Positions 11,517 to 20,181 of a stretch of DNA of 64,000 bases are shown here, piece after piece. The notes under the pieces were generated by a model. It saw only the letters and a program-made list of their open reading frames with translations. It was not told where the DNA came from and did not search any database. The DNA is from an uncultured Pseudomonadota bacterium. GTDB taxonomy: Bacteria; Babelota; Babeliae; Babelales; RVW-14. The position numbers were made by a program, and so were the translations under genes. The stretch lies in contig CAZGPI010000001.1 in NCBI GenBank assembly GCA_964527595.1, forward strand, positions 81,145 to 145,144, written 5' to 3'. How positions within the stretch are numbered: the stretch's first letter is position 1; each line of letters starts with the position of its first letter.

Positions 11517-12776
11517 TTAGCGTTCGTCTCGCATTCGACGAGCAAATGCTGCATCATCGGCCACTTGTTTATTCTTCGCATCTTCTGCAGCCTGAAGACT
11601 TCTTGCTAGCGCAAAATCAGCAGACTCCTGTTTCTTTTTTTGAACCAAAGCTGGATTAAGAGTTTCGCACATTTCGCATTTATTATCTTCAGCCTTGTTT
11701 AAAAATGTACAAGCCGGACAGACCCACTTACCATCTACTGGCGCCGTAGCGGCGCTTGCTGCCGGTCGCTTACGAGCTACCTTCACCGGCTGCGTTTCGC
11801 TTGCTCGCGCAGCACCGAAACTTTTTTTGGCACAAATATACGTAAAATCTCGTATCTGGCCACTACGCTTAACCAAAGCAGGATGTATTAAGGGGTATGA
11901 TATTTCTGCATTGTTTCTAATTTCTACCGGAGAAAATCCAGCCGAACGTAACAAAAATTGTGCATAGCGATTAAGATATTCTTCTGATGGAAACCTAAAA
12001 ACTTCCGTTTTTTCGACAGTCTCAGGAATGCCAGAGCAAGCCCCAATCACTTTATAATCGTGGATCAAGTTATTAATATGAAACCTTTCTATAAAAAGTT
12101 TTCCAGAAGCATCGTTTTTTTTATCAAAACCTGGAGAAATAGTTATTGTTTTAAGTCTTCCGTCTATCAACAGTGGCCCAAAGCTTATAGGCCTATCGAT
12201 TGGTTGACTGCCTAAATTTAAATATGTATCGTTACGCGAGCCCGTATAAGTATAAAATTCTCCATCATCTCGAAGAGCACTGCAAATTACCCTTAATTCA
12301 GCCACCGTCCATTCAACATATTTCGTAACAGAGTAATCAAATATAATTCTTTTAAATTTTCCCTTGAGCTTGTTTAAAAAAGTTAAAAAAGATGATGTAT
12401 TAAAATCAAGAGGGACAAGAAATGGGCCTTTTCGTTGGACTAATTTCCCCTCGTCATCTATCTTCAATCTATCTAAAGACACATGCGGAGATACCAAAAA
12501 AGTATAACCCTCAAGTCGTGCTGGGTCTTGATCACCTGCACCAGCACCAAGCACCATTGTTAGATTGTCTTCATCTTTAAACTTTTCCACCAAAGCGTCC
12601 AAATAATTGATTACAAATACCCTATGGCATATTCTTTCATCAAGAGCAGGCTCTCCTTCTCTAGACCATGTTGAGGCAATCGGCCTATCATCAATCATCG
12701 CAGCATTCACCAAGGCCATAGAGCTAATGCCAATTAAGCAAACAAAGCTAAACTTAATTAGAAAATTACTCTTCAC
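11517..12776 (-). CDS. exported protein with C-terminal NZF (RanBP2-type) zinc finger and UIM-like helix; N-terminal domain unknown
   Basis: A GTG start at 12776 is preceded by a strong SD (AAGGAGG), and a signal-like leader follows. WVCPACTFLNKAEDNKCEMC (nt 11667-11726) fits W-x-C-x2-C-x3-N-x6-C-x2-C. The tail reads ESADFALARSLQAAED. VLGAGAGD might be a Rossmann-type loop, but this is a weak call. Confidence 0.65.
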   Translation of the reverse strand: MKSNFLIKFSFVCLIGISSMALVNAAMIDDRPIASTWSREGEPALDERICHRVFVINYLDALVEKFKDEDNLTMVLGAGAGDQDPARLEGYTFLVSPHVSLDRLKIDDEGKLVQRKGPFLVPLDFNTSSFLTFLNKLKGKFKRIIFDYSVTKYVEWTVAELRVICSALRDDGEFYTYTGSRNDTYLNLGSQPIDRPISFGPLLIDGRLKTITISPGFDKKNDASGKLFIERFHINNLIHDYKVIGACSGIPETVEKTEVFRFPSEEYLNRYAQFLLRSAGFSPVEIRNNAEISYPLIHPALVKRSGQIRDFTYICAKKSFGAARASETQPVKVARKRPAASAATAPVDGKWVCPACTFLNKAEDNKCEMCETLNPALVQKKKQESADFALARSLQAAEDAKNKQVADDAAFARRMRDER

Positions 12777-12927
12777 AAAACCTCCTTAATTTTAAATTAT
12801 TTCAAATGTTAAATTAACTGTAACTTGATTTTGAAAATAAAATCAAGAAGAATGTATTTGCAATAATGTGGGCGAATGAAGTAACCTATGTGGTACGAAA
12901 AAACAACTTATTCGCCGAAAGAGCTTT

Positions 12928-14046
12928 ATGAAGAAAAATATATTGGTTACGCTCAGCCTCTTTTTTACTACAATTGCCACAATATATAGCATGGAACAAC
13001 CTCTCCCAATTGTTTACCATCATGAGTACAATATTGTAAAATCACACCTTGTAGGTAAAGTGCTTGGTTTATTAGCGTCACCATTCATTAATAAACTTCA
13101 TCCATTTGATTCAGAAAAATATGGCAAGGTTTATAACAAACTTTGTGAACGTTTTAATCTCAGCGCCAAAGATTTTTACCAACCCTATGACATTGCAAGC
13201 ATTCCAGATGGCTTTGAATTTGATGAATGGTTAGATCGAGAATTAATTGAGTTGAATATACATACCCCTGAATATCTAGCCTCATTACACAATCCGGTCG
13301 TTATTCAAAGTATCGCTGAAGTCCCAGGACTCGCTTGGCTCTCAAACAAAACATTGCAAGAGGTTATCCTTCATCCTATGCGTTTGGCAACAGCTGGGAC
13401 CTATATGGCTTGCACGTTAGCGCTAACTCATCCGCACCATTGGGCCATAAATCTTTCGGGTGGTTATCATCATGCTAAATCAAATAGCGGCAGCGGGTTT
13501 TGTTATTTTGCTGATATACCATATGCCGTAACTAAACTTTGGCAAACTAATCCAAAACTTAGGGTTATGATTATTGACCTTGACGCCCATCAAGGCAACG
13601 GATATGAAGCTTTTTTTAAGTATGATCCACGAATTGCGGTATTTGACGTTTATAATGCCAATCGTTTCCCACGAGACTATTCGGCAGCACAATACATTAG
13701 GTATCGTTATGCACTCACACCGAATATGGATGACCCAATTTCTCAAGAATCATATATGGCTTTATTGCAAATAGAGCTACCTAAAGCTATTAATGAATTT
13801 CGCCCAGAGTTAATAATTTATAATGCAGGTACCGATATTTTTGACGGCGACCCAATTGGCGGAATGCACGTATCGGCTGAGGGCATTAATGAACGAGATC
13901 TTTTTGTTTTTGATCAAGCAGAACAAAAACACATTCCAATTGCCATGATCCTCTCTGGTGGATACACACCAGAGAGCGCTGATATTATAGCGAACTCTAT
14001 AACGGCAATCTTAGGGAAAAAAGCTTTAGAAGAATTTAATAATTAA
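12928..14046 (+). CDS. histone deacetylase-family enzyme (class IV / HDAC11-like) with N-terminal leader
   Basis: Motifs present are LPIVYHHEYNI, KLHPFDSEKYGKV, SGGYHHAKSNSGSGFCYFADI, IIDLDAHQGNG and YNAGTDIFDGDPIGG. The hydrophobic leader is MKKNILVTLSLFFTTIATIYS. Confidence 0.85.
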   Translation: MKKNILVTLSLFFTTIATIYSMEQPLPIVYHHEYNIVKSHLVGKVLGLLASPFINKLHPFDSEKYGKVYNKLCERFNLSAKDFYQPYDIASIPDGFEFDEWLDRELIELNIHTPEYLASLHNPVVIQSIAEVPGLAWLSNKTLQEVILHPMRLATAGTYMACTLALTHPHHWAINLSGGYHHAKSNSGSGFCYFADIPYAVTKLWQTNPKLRVMIIDLDAHQGNGYEAFFKYDPRIAVFDVYNANRFPRDYSAAQYIRYRYALTPNMDDPISQESYMALLQIELPKAINEFRPELIIYNAGTDIFDGDPIGGMHVSAEGINERDLFVFDQAEQKHIPIAMILSGGYTPESADIIANSITAILGKKALEEFNN

Positions 14047-14049
14047 TCG

Positions 14050-14565
14050 TTATCGAATGGGCCAGGGAAAACCCAACAGGCCACCCGCCCATAACAATGG
14101 ATCATCCCCTCTAACTAAACGTTCTACGTTCATCCATTCTCCCATAGCCCACTGCCTACGAAGACGAAGATCGTGACGCGGATATCCAAATTCTTCACGT
14201 TTTGCTAGAAGATCAGTAAAACAATCTCGCCACAAAACTGCAGCGTCCATAAGGTCTTGGTTATTTAGATATTCTACGGCGCGATGGTGAGAAATCTCAT
14301 AAAATTCAATTAAAATTGGGCCAACCATTTCATCATATAAAAAATCAAGAACCTCTCTTTGCCCTGGCCGCGCTTGCTGCACTTGCTGAACGACATTGTT
14401 TATTCTCTCTTGAACTTCCTGAGCAGCCAAAGCAGGATCTTGTTCTGGTGGAAGAACCATGAAACGAAAAACATCCGGAAACATACTAAAACAAGGCGAT
14501 ATTGTTGGTAATAATAATATCGCTAAAACAAACCCAAAATGAACAATTCTTTTCTTTGTAATCAT
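14050..14565 (-). CDS. exported hypothetical protein
   Basis: ATG at 14565 is preceded by GGAGG and followed by a hydrophobic leader. I recognise no domain. It is convergent with the HDAC gene, with a 3-nt gap. Confidence 0.5.
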   Translation of the reverse strand: MITKKRIVHFGFVLAILLLPTISPCFSMFPDVFRFMVLPPEQDPALAAQEVQERINNVVQQVQQARPGQREVLDFLYDEMVGPILIEFYEISHHRAVEYLNNQDLMDAAVLWRDCFTDLLAKREEFGYPRHDLRLRRQWAMGEWMNVERLVRGDDPLLWAGGLLGFPWPIR

Positions 14566-14679
14566 AAAAACCTCCGAATATCAAAACTATCAAAATTAAA
14601 CTAGACTAATAATGCTGCTATGTGATCAATTGGCGCTAAAAACAATGAATGCTCTTAATGTGCGCGAGAATAAAACAGC

Positions 14680-15771
14680 CTATTTGAAAAGAATGCCTTG
14701 AGCTCGACGATCAACCATTTCTTTTTCGAGTAATGGATTAAGAAGGTCATCAAGGTGGCCCAACATAACCATATCAAGTTTTTTAAGCGTAACGTCAGTT
14801 CTATGGTCAGTCACACGGTTTTGTGGAAAATTATAAGTACGAATCTTTTCTGCCCGTTCTCCACCACCAATTTGCTGTTTACGCGCAACACGCTCTTCGG
14901 CCTCTCGTCTTTCTCGTTCAGCTTCATATAAGCGTGCTTGCAATACCTTCATGGCTTTGGCTTTGTTTTTGATCTGTGAGCGTTCGTCTTGGCAAGTTAC
15001 CACAAGGCCTGAAGGAATGTGTGTAAGCCGAACAGCAGAGTCGGTTGTATTAACGTGCTGGCCTCCTGCACCACTTGAGCGATAAACGTCTACGCGTAAA
15101 TCACCTGGATTAATTGATACGTCAACGTCTTCGGCCTCAGAAAACACCGCAACGGTAACCGTTGATGTATGGATCCGCCCAGCTGATTCAGTTTTTGGAA
15201 CACGCTGAACACGGTGCACGCCAGATTCAAATTTAAGAAACCTATACACATACCTACCTTCAATATAGGCGATAAGTTCTTTAAATCCTCCAAGGTCGGT
15301 TTGACTACACTCAACAATTGAAACTTTCCAGCCTCTGGTCAATGCATAAGCGCTATACATTTTGTATAAATCTAGGGCAAATAATGCAGCTTCCTGTCCG
15401 CCAGTCCCTGCTCTAATTTCTAAAAACACTGAACGTTCGTTACGTTCATCGGTTGGATACAGAAGATCTTCCAGCTCTTTTTCTAGGGCTGCAAGTTTTG
15501 GCTTGTTTTCAGCAATTTCATCTTCATAGAGCGCTCGCATTTCACCCTGCTCTTTTTCAGCATTAAGCTTACAAGCTTGGATGGACTCCTGAAATTCAAC
15601 AATTTGGTTATGAAGATCAAGAACGGAGGCATAATGAGAAGCTTTACGCTGCATTGTTGCACGAGTCCGTTGGTCGAGATTCTGATTGTTCAGTTTTTCA
15701 GCCAAATCATTATATTCATTTTGAATGACAACCCAATCTAACATATCAATATCCCACGTTTTAGAACTCAT
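14680..15771 (-). CDS. prfA: peptide chain release factor 1
   Basis: GGQHVNTTDSAVR carries the GGQ motif. RVQRVPKTESAGRIHTS carries the RF1-type P-x-T tripeptide, not the SPF of RF2. Confidence 0.93.
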   Translation of the reverse strand: MSSKTWDIDMLDWVVIQNEYNDLAEKLNNQNLDQRTRATMQRKASHYASVLDLHNQIVEFQESIQACKLNAEKEQGEMRALYEDEIAENKPKLAALEKELEDLLYPTDERNERSVFLEIRAGTGGQEAALFALDLYKMYSAYALTRGWKVSIVECSQTDLGGFKELIAYIEGRYVYRFLKFESGVHRVQRVPKTESAGRIHTSTVTVAVFSEAEDVDVSINPGDLRVDVYRSSGAGGQHVNTTDSAVRLTHIPSGLVVTCQDERSQIKNKAKAMKVLQARLYEAERERREAEERVARKQQIGGGERAEKIRTYNFPQNRVTDHRTDVTLKKLDMVMLGHLDDLLNPLLEKEMVDRRAQGILFK

Positions 15772-15847
15772 GCCAAAAGAAAAACCTCACCGCCCAACCA
15801 TTTTAGCAAATGCTGTATTTTTTTCACTATCGATTTATTAGAACACT

Positions 15848-16597
15848 TTAATTGATGAGTTCCAATTTTTTAAAAATTAGAGCCCACTCATTCCTCATCT
15901 CATCCGTTAAGCTTGATGATTCTGGTGCTGACAAAAAGAAATTTTTGATATTTTTTTCATTCCATGGCTCTTTAAAATCATCGGTCTTATTCATAACTAC
16001 CAGGGTATAATCAAGTTGAGGATATTTTTCGGTTATAAGATTACGAAGCTGAAGTGCTTCCTGTTTTGTGATGACAGCCCTAAAGAAAAAAAGCTTCTTC
16101 TTTGATTTCAATGCATTACGAAATCGACTTATGCGCCGTTCGTATTTTGCTTTATTTTCATCATAATCTAACAAAAAAACTTGATCGCCCACATCAACTT
16201 TGAAGTCGTGGATGAATTTAATCTTATAAGTCTGATCGATTACTTCGCGATATTTTACCGGAGGCGCAACAAGAACTTCAAGAAAACCCTTAAAATCATC
16301 GCGTATAGCACGATAAATCGATTCATATTCACTAAAACACCAGTCAAATGGGAAGTATGCTCCAGAGAGATTATTCGCTTGAAAGTGTCGCGCGGCTCCA
16401 CAATTAAATCCAAGGCTAATTACAATTTTTTCTTCTTTAAATTCGGATTGGTCATCCCAGCCCTTAGCCGTCCACTCCTCAAATCCTGGTATTGGTTGCT
16501 CAAGTTCTGGCTGCTGAGTTATTTGCCCAAAAGATAAAAATGTATACAAAAAAAATGAGCCCAATAAAACTCTAGGCATCACAAAGTTCCTTTCCAT
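15848..16597 (-). CDS. exported protein resembling the DUF1796 putative papain-like peptidase family
   Basis: ISLGFNCGAARH...YFPFDW...IHDF...KYERRISRF resembles the signature I associate with DUF1796. This rests on recollection only. An alternative ATG at 16579 (MPRVLLG..., preceded by AAAGGAA) gives a cleaner signal peptide. Confidence 0.5.
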   Translation of the reverse strand: MERNFVMPRVLLGSFFLYTFLSFGQITQQPELEQPIPGFEEWTAKGWDDQSEFKEEKIVISLGFNCGAARHFQANNLSGAYFPFDWCFSEYESIYRAIRDDFKGFLEVLVAPPVKYREVIDQTYKIKFIHDFKVDVGDQVFLLDYDENKAKYERRISRFRNALKSKKKLFFFRAVITKQEALQLRNLITEKYPQLDYTLVVMNKTDDFKEPWNEKNIKNFFLSAPESSSLTDEMRNEWALIFKKLELIN

Positions 16598-16629
16598 TAT
16601 CTTTTAACACACTTACTCATTATGTTTTT

Positions 16630-17082
16630 TTACGATAATAGTGGTAATAATAGCGCAACAATATCTTTGTTACCATTTCGCATAGCAATACTATAAGCTC
16701 TCCATACTTGATCATGAGCTTGTGGGCTAAATCCTGGTGCTGCAATAATGGCCTTAACAATTTCAAGATCCTTATAACAAACAGCCAAAATGAGCGCCGT
16801 GGCATCAACCCAGCGATCGCATCCATTTACGTCAGCCCCTTCATCTATAAACCTACAAACAGCGGCAACAAGCCCTTGATAATAAGCATTAAGACGATTT
16901 CTATTCGTTTTTTTAAGAAGCGTTATATCAGAAGGTTTAGCGTGAGCGGCGGCAATTGCCTCAATTAATTGCTGCGCGTTGCAAGCAATTGGCGGCATGT
17001 CTGTCATGGTAAAAATGGTATTGTATTGAACACTTGAGAGAATAACTAAAAACATAAAGGTCAATTTATCATGAATCTTCAT
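16630..17082 (-). CDS. small exported ankyrin-repeat-like protein
   Basis: A leader is followed by FIDEGADVNGCDRWVDATALILAVCYKDLEIVKAIIAAPG, which looks like 1-2 degenerate ANK repeats. Confidence 0.55.
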   Translation of the reverse strand: MKIHDKLTFMFLVILSSVQYNTIFTMTDMPPIACNAQQLIEAIAAAHAKPSDITLLKKTNRNRLNAYYQGLVAAVCRFIDEGADVNGCDRWVDATALILAVCYKDLEIVKAIIAAPGFSPQAHDQVWRAYSIAMRNGNKDIVALLLPLLS

Positions 17083-17173
17083 AAATACTCTCTTGGAAGA
17101 TATTTGGTTAAGCTTTATATAAGCGTATCAAAAAACGGGGATTGCTCAAGACTCGATTAGCCCAACCACCCGT

Positions 17174-17202
17174 TTGACTACGACAATTAATTAATTTATA
17201 AT
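17174..17202 (+). promoter_or_regulatory. near-consensus sigma70-type promoter upstream of the nrdJ-like gene
   Basis: TTGACT (17174-17179), a 17-nt spacer, then TATAAT (17197-17202). It lies about 55 nt upstream of the ATG at 17258. Confidence 0.45.
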
Positions 17203-17257
17203 GGTCAATAAGCACAGGGTCCCATTAGCTTAATCGCTATTTTAAGCAGAGGTTATT

Positions 17258-19141
17258 ATGAAAAAATTCACTTTATATTCTCGAATTGTTTTTGCGCAAC
17301 TTCTGGTTGTAACAATGCCCATGGTTGCCATGGAGCAGGCTCAGACACCTGAGGTATCAAGCTCATTGCCCACAACAGATCAAAGCCACCAATATCATTC
17401 TACCTATCTGCCAAAGGCTTCTGCGCTATCGCTTCTATGCAGTGGAAAAATTCTTGCCGACCATGAATTACCACACCAAATGATGGACCGTGTAATTTAT
17501 ACACTGTTTTCAGTCGAAACAAAATTTAACACATCTCCCGCCGAAATAAAGCGTTTAGAATGTGAACTTGGATCACTATTAGATGCTGGCGATTGTGTAA
17601 TGAGTACGCCTATTTTGACCAACGCCGGCAGATACTGCGAAAAGCCTTTATCTGCATGCACAGTCCCTCTAATCGATTTGCGAGAAGATATGTCAAAAAT
17701 TAGGGTAGTTATTGATCGCTTGCATCAAGATGGCATGGGCACCGGATTTAATCTCGATGAATGCGAAGACCCTGTAGCAACCCTAAGACTTCTCAATAAT
17801 ATTGCCGTGCAAGGAGCAAGGAGTGGCAAAGAAGATCGTCCAGTTGGAAACATAGCCGTTCTTTCAGTGGGGCATCCTAAAATTCTCGAATTTATTAATG
17901 CAAAAAATCAAGTCGACACGCTCGGCGAGCAATGGATATTTAACATATCGGTTAACATTGACGATGCTTTCATGGACGCATTTTCGCGTAACACAACATA
18001 TATGTTACGTGATGGGAACGAAGTATTGGCGCAAGAGCTTTTGGGGCAAATGGCCAAAAGCGTATTTATCTGTGGCGATCCTGGTATTGTTTTCATAAAT
18101 CGTCTTAATGAGGGCAATCCAACGCCAGGTGTTGGTGATTATATTGCCGTTGCTCCCTGTGGAGAAGTTGGGCTAGCCGCTGGAGAAAGTTGTCAGTTTG
18201 GTTATATCAACGTAGCAAAATTTCTTAATAAGGGACAAGAGCAATCTCTTGATATTGACTTTGAAAGATTAGCGCAAGCAACACGATTAATGGTAAGAGC
18301 ACTCGACAATGCTTTAGAGTTAAGCATTGACAAATACGCCTGTGAGCAACAAGGAAGTATTATGAGGGCAAAACGCAAGATTGGTATTGGCATCTGCGGA
18401 CTTGCCGATCTTTTCATGCTATGTAATATTTCTTATGCTGATGAACAAGCTAGAAGATTAGCTCAAGATATTGTTGCCTTCATCAATTATACTTCAAAAT
18501 TAGCATCTCATGAACTTTCAATGACAAGAGGCTCATTTGAAGCAATGGCTCTTGGAGAAGGTTGCCGATACAATAATGATCCTGGTTTTATTGAGCAACG
18601 ATTTGGAAAAATTTCAACGCCTCATGTATCCACCGCAATGTGGCATGAATTATCACAAAAAATCAGAGAAACCAAATGCTTACGAAATGCGTCGACTATT
18701 GCATTACCACCAACAGGGAGGAGTTCAATGGTCATCAATGCCTCAGCTGGAATAGAACCACAATTTTCTTTGGTTGAAGCACGCGGGCTTAACCCTATCT
18801 TGGAAAAGGCTCTTACTGATACTGGAATAATTGATCCAAATTTAATAGAAAACATAATGAAACTCGGCCGCATTGGTAAATTATCAGAAATTCCTGCCAG
18901 CATTCGCCATATCTTTTTAACCGCACTGGAGATATCTCCTGCGGATCACCTAGCCATGATGGAAGCGTTACAATTAGTCGTAGACGAATCAATCTCAAAA
19001 ACGGTTAATGTTTCACCAACTATCAGTGAGCCCGAAATTGTTGATATTTTTCATCAAACGTATTTACGAAAACTTAAGGGCATAACCATCTATAGAGATG
19101 GAAGCCGAAACAGTCAGCCTAAAAAGCTTGGGGATAGTTAG
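17258..19141 (+). CDS. nrdJ: class II (B12-dependent-type) ribonucleotide reductase homologue, divergent, with N-terminal hydrophobic leader
   Basis: Motifs present are STPILTNAGR, RPVGNIAVLSVGHPKILEFI, APCGEV...ESCQFGYIN, GIGICGLAD, PPTGRSSMVINASAGIEPQF, ISKTVNV and TIYRDGSR. The SD is AGAGG. See the finding on substitutions. Confidence 0.8.
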   Translation: MKKFTLYSRIVFAQLLVVTMPMVAMEQAQTPEVSSSLPTTDQSHQYHSTYLPKASALSLLCSGKILADHELPHQMMDRVIYTLFSVETKFNTSPAEIKRLECELGSLLDAGDCVMSTPILTNAGRYCEKPLSACTVPLIDLREDMSKIRVVIDRLHQDGMGTGFNLDECEDPVATLRLLNNIAVQGARSGKEDRPVGNIAVLSVGHPKILEFINAKNQVDTLGEQWIFNISVNIDDAFMDAFSRNTTYMLRDGNEVLAQELLGQMAKSVFICGDPGIVFINRLNEGNPTPGVGDYIAVAPCGEVGLAAGESCQFGYINVAKFLNKGQEQSLDIDFERLAQATRLMVRALDNALELSIDKYACEQQGSIMRAKRKIGIGICGLADLFMLCNISYADEQARRLAQDIVAFINYTSKLASHELSMTRGSFEAMALGEGCRYNNDPGFIEQRFGKISTPHVSTAMWHELSQKIRETKCLRNASTIALPPTGRSSMVINASAGIEPQFSLVEARGLNPILEKALTDTGIIDPNLIENIMKLGRIGKLSEIPASIRHIFLTALEISPADHLAMMEALQLVVDESISKTVNVSPTISEPEIVDIFHQTYLRKLKGITIYRDGSRNSQPKKLGDS

Positions 19142-19199
19142 CATTGGCTGCAAAGCCTAAGACGTTATTCAACGTTCTTCAAGCCAGATTCTATGACGG

Positions 19200-19652
19200 C
19201 TAAGAATGCCTTTTTACTGCCTGAATCATCTCTTCTAGTGCCCGTAAAAAATGAGAGCGGTCACGCGTGGAAAAAGTGGCATTATAACTTGGAGCTATTT
19301 CTGTTTCACGTAAATAAGCACGTAAGTCACGCATTGCTTTTGCATTTCCTATATTATTATTATTAAAAATTTTGCCCTTTGGGCTCACGGCACTTACACC
19401 CTTTTTTAGGCACCGATCTGCCAGCAAGATATCTTCAGTAACCACAATATCACCAATCTCTATATGTTCGCTAATCCAATTATCTGCGGCATCTGGATCA
19501 GACTCAACCTGTATTTTATGCACGTTTTTATTAACGACTATATTAAGACGACTATTGCTTACTAAGTAAACCTGTAAGTTATGCCGCATGGCCACTCGAA
19601 AAACTTCTTCTTTTACGGGGCAAGCATCGGCATCTACGTAAATAATTAACAT
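19200..19652 (-). CDS. yaiI: UPF0178 / YaiI-family protein (DUF188)
   Basis: The N-terminus IYVDADACPVKEEV and the 150-aa size are typical of the family. Confidence 0.8.
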   Translation of the reverse strand: MLIIYVDADACPVKEEVFRVAMRHNLQVYLVSNSRLNIVVNKNVHKIQVESDPDAADNWISEHIEIGDIVVTEDILLADRCLKKGVSAVSPKGKIFNNNNIGNAKAMRDLRAYLRETEIAPSYNATFSTRDRSHFLRALEEMIQAVKRHS

Positions 19653-19929
19653 TCATAAACTTTCTAATTATAAAAACGTTATTTTTAAATTAATATCATT
19701 TTTGTAAAACAACTCGGCAAAAAAAACAATGTGTATATTTTTGCTATGACCAGAGGCCATCGATCTCTTATTCACAATACAACAAAAGAAGAGCGTATCA
19801 TGCTGCGCAAAGAATGAGCCCATGAGAAGTCAGAGGCATTACATACTATTCCGCGTTTTTTCTGTTTTCATACTGCAAGAGCATTGTTATGATATCCTGA
19901 ACCAGACGAAGCTGCGTAGCAGCGAAGAT

Positions 19930-20006
19930 TGGCGTCCCCAAGGGGATTTGAACCCCTGTTACTAGAATGAAAATCTAGTGTCCTGACCAGGCTAGACGAT
20001 GGGGAC
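19930..20006 (-). tRNA. tRNA-Glu (anticodon UUC), CCA encoded
   Basis: The reverse complement folds as a cloverleaf: GTCCCCA TC GTCT AGCCTGGTCA GGAC A CTAGA TTTTCAT TCTAG TAAC AGGGG TTCAAAT CCCCT TGGGGAC G CCA. Length is 77 nt. Confidence 0.9.
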
Positions 20007-20025
20007 GCATTTGTTCTGTAAAATA

Positions 20026-20101
20026 TGGTGAGCCGCGTTGGAATCGAACCAACGACCCACAGCTTAAAAGGCTGTTGCTCTACCAACTGAGCTAGCGGCT
20101 C
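20026..20101 (-). tRNA. tRNA-Lys (anticodon UUU), CCA encoded
   Basis: The reverse complement folds as a cloverleaf: GAGCCGC TA GCTC AGTTGGTA GAGC A ACAGC CTTTTAA GCTGT GGGTC GTTGG TTCGATT CCAAC GCGGCTC A CCA. Length is 76 nt. Confidence 0.9.
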
Positions 20102-20181
20102 GTGAATTTCACGCGAACATGCACAAAATTTATAGAAATAAGTCTTTTATGTCAAGTTTAAATCATTGAATTCGCGTTTTA

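Noticed and set aside
14680-15771. Possible prfB-type programmed +1 frameshift
   Set aside because: The protein is RF1 (P-K-T tripeptide, no SPF) and is encoded in one uninterrupted frame.
17083-17257. Cobalamin riboswitch upstream of the nrdJ-like gene
   Set aside because: The leader is only about 55 nt after the predicted promoter and lacks a B12-box-like GCCACTG element.
19868-20086. 72-aa ORF on the minus strand
   Set aside because: It is fully explained by the tRNA-Glu and tRNA-Lys genes it overlaps, so the ORF is spurious.
19653-20181. Integrated element at the tRNA-Glu/tRNA-Lys locus
   Set aside because: There is no integrase, direct repeat of a tRNA 3' end, or foreign-looking genes. 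The flanks are yaiI and mgtE.
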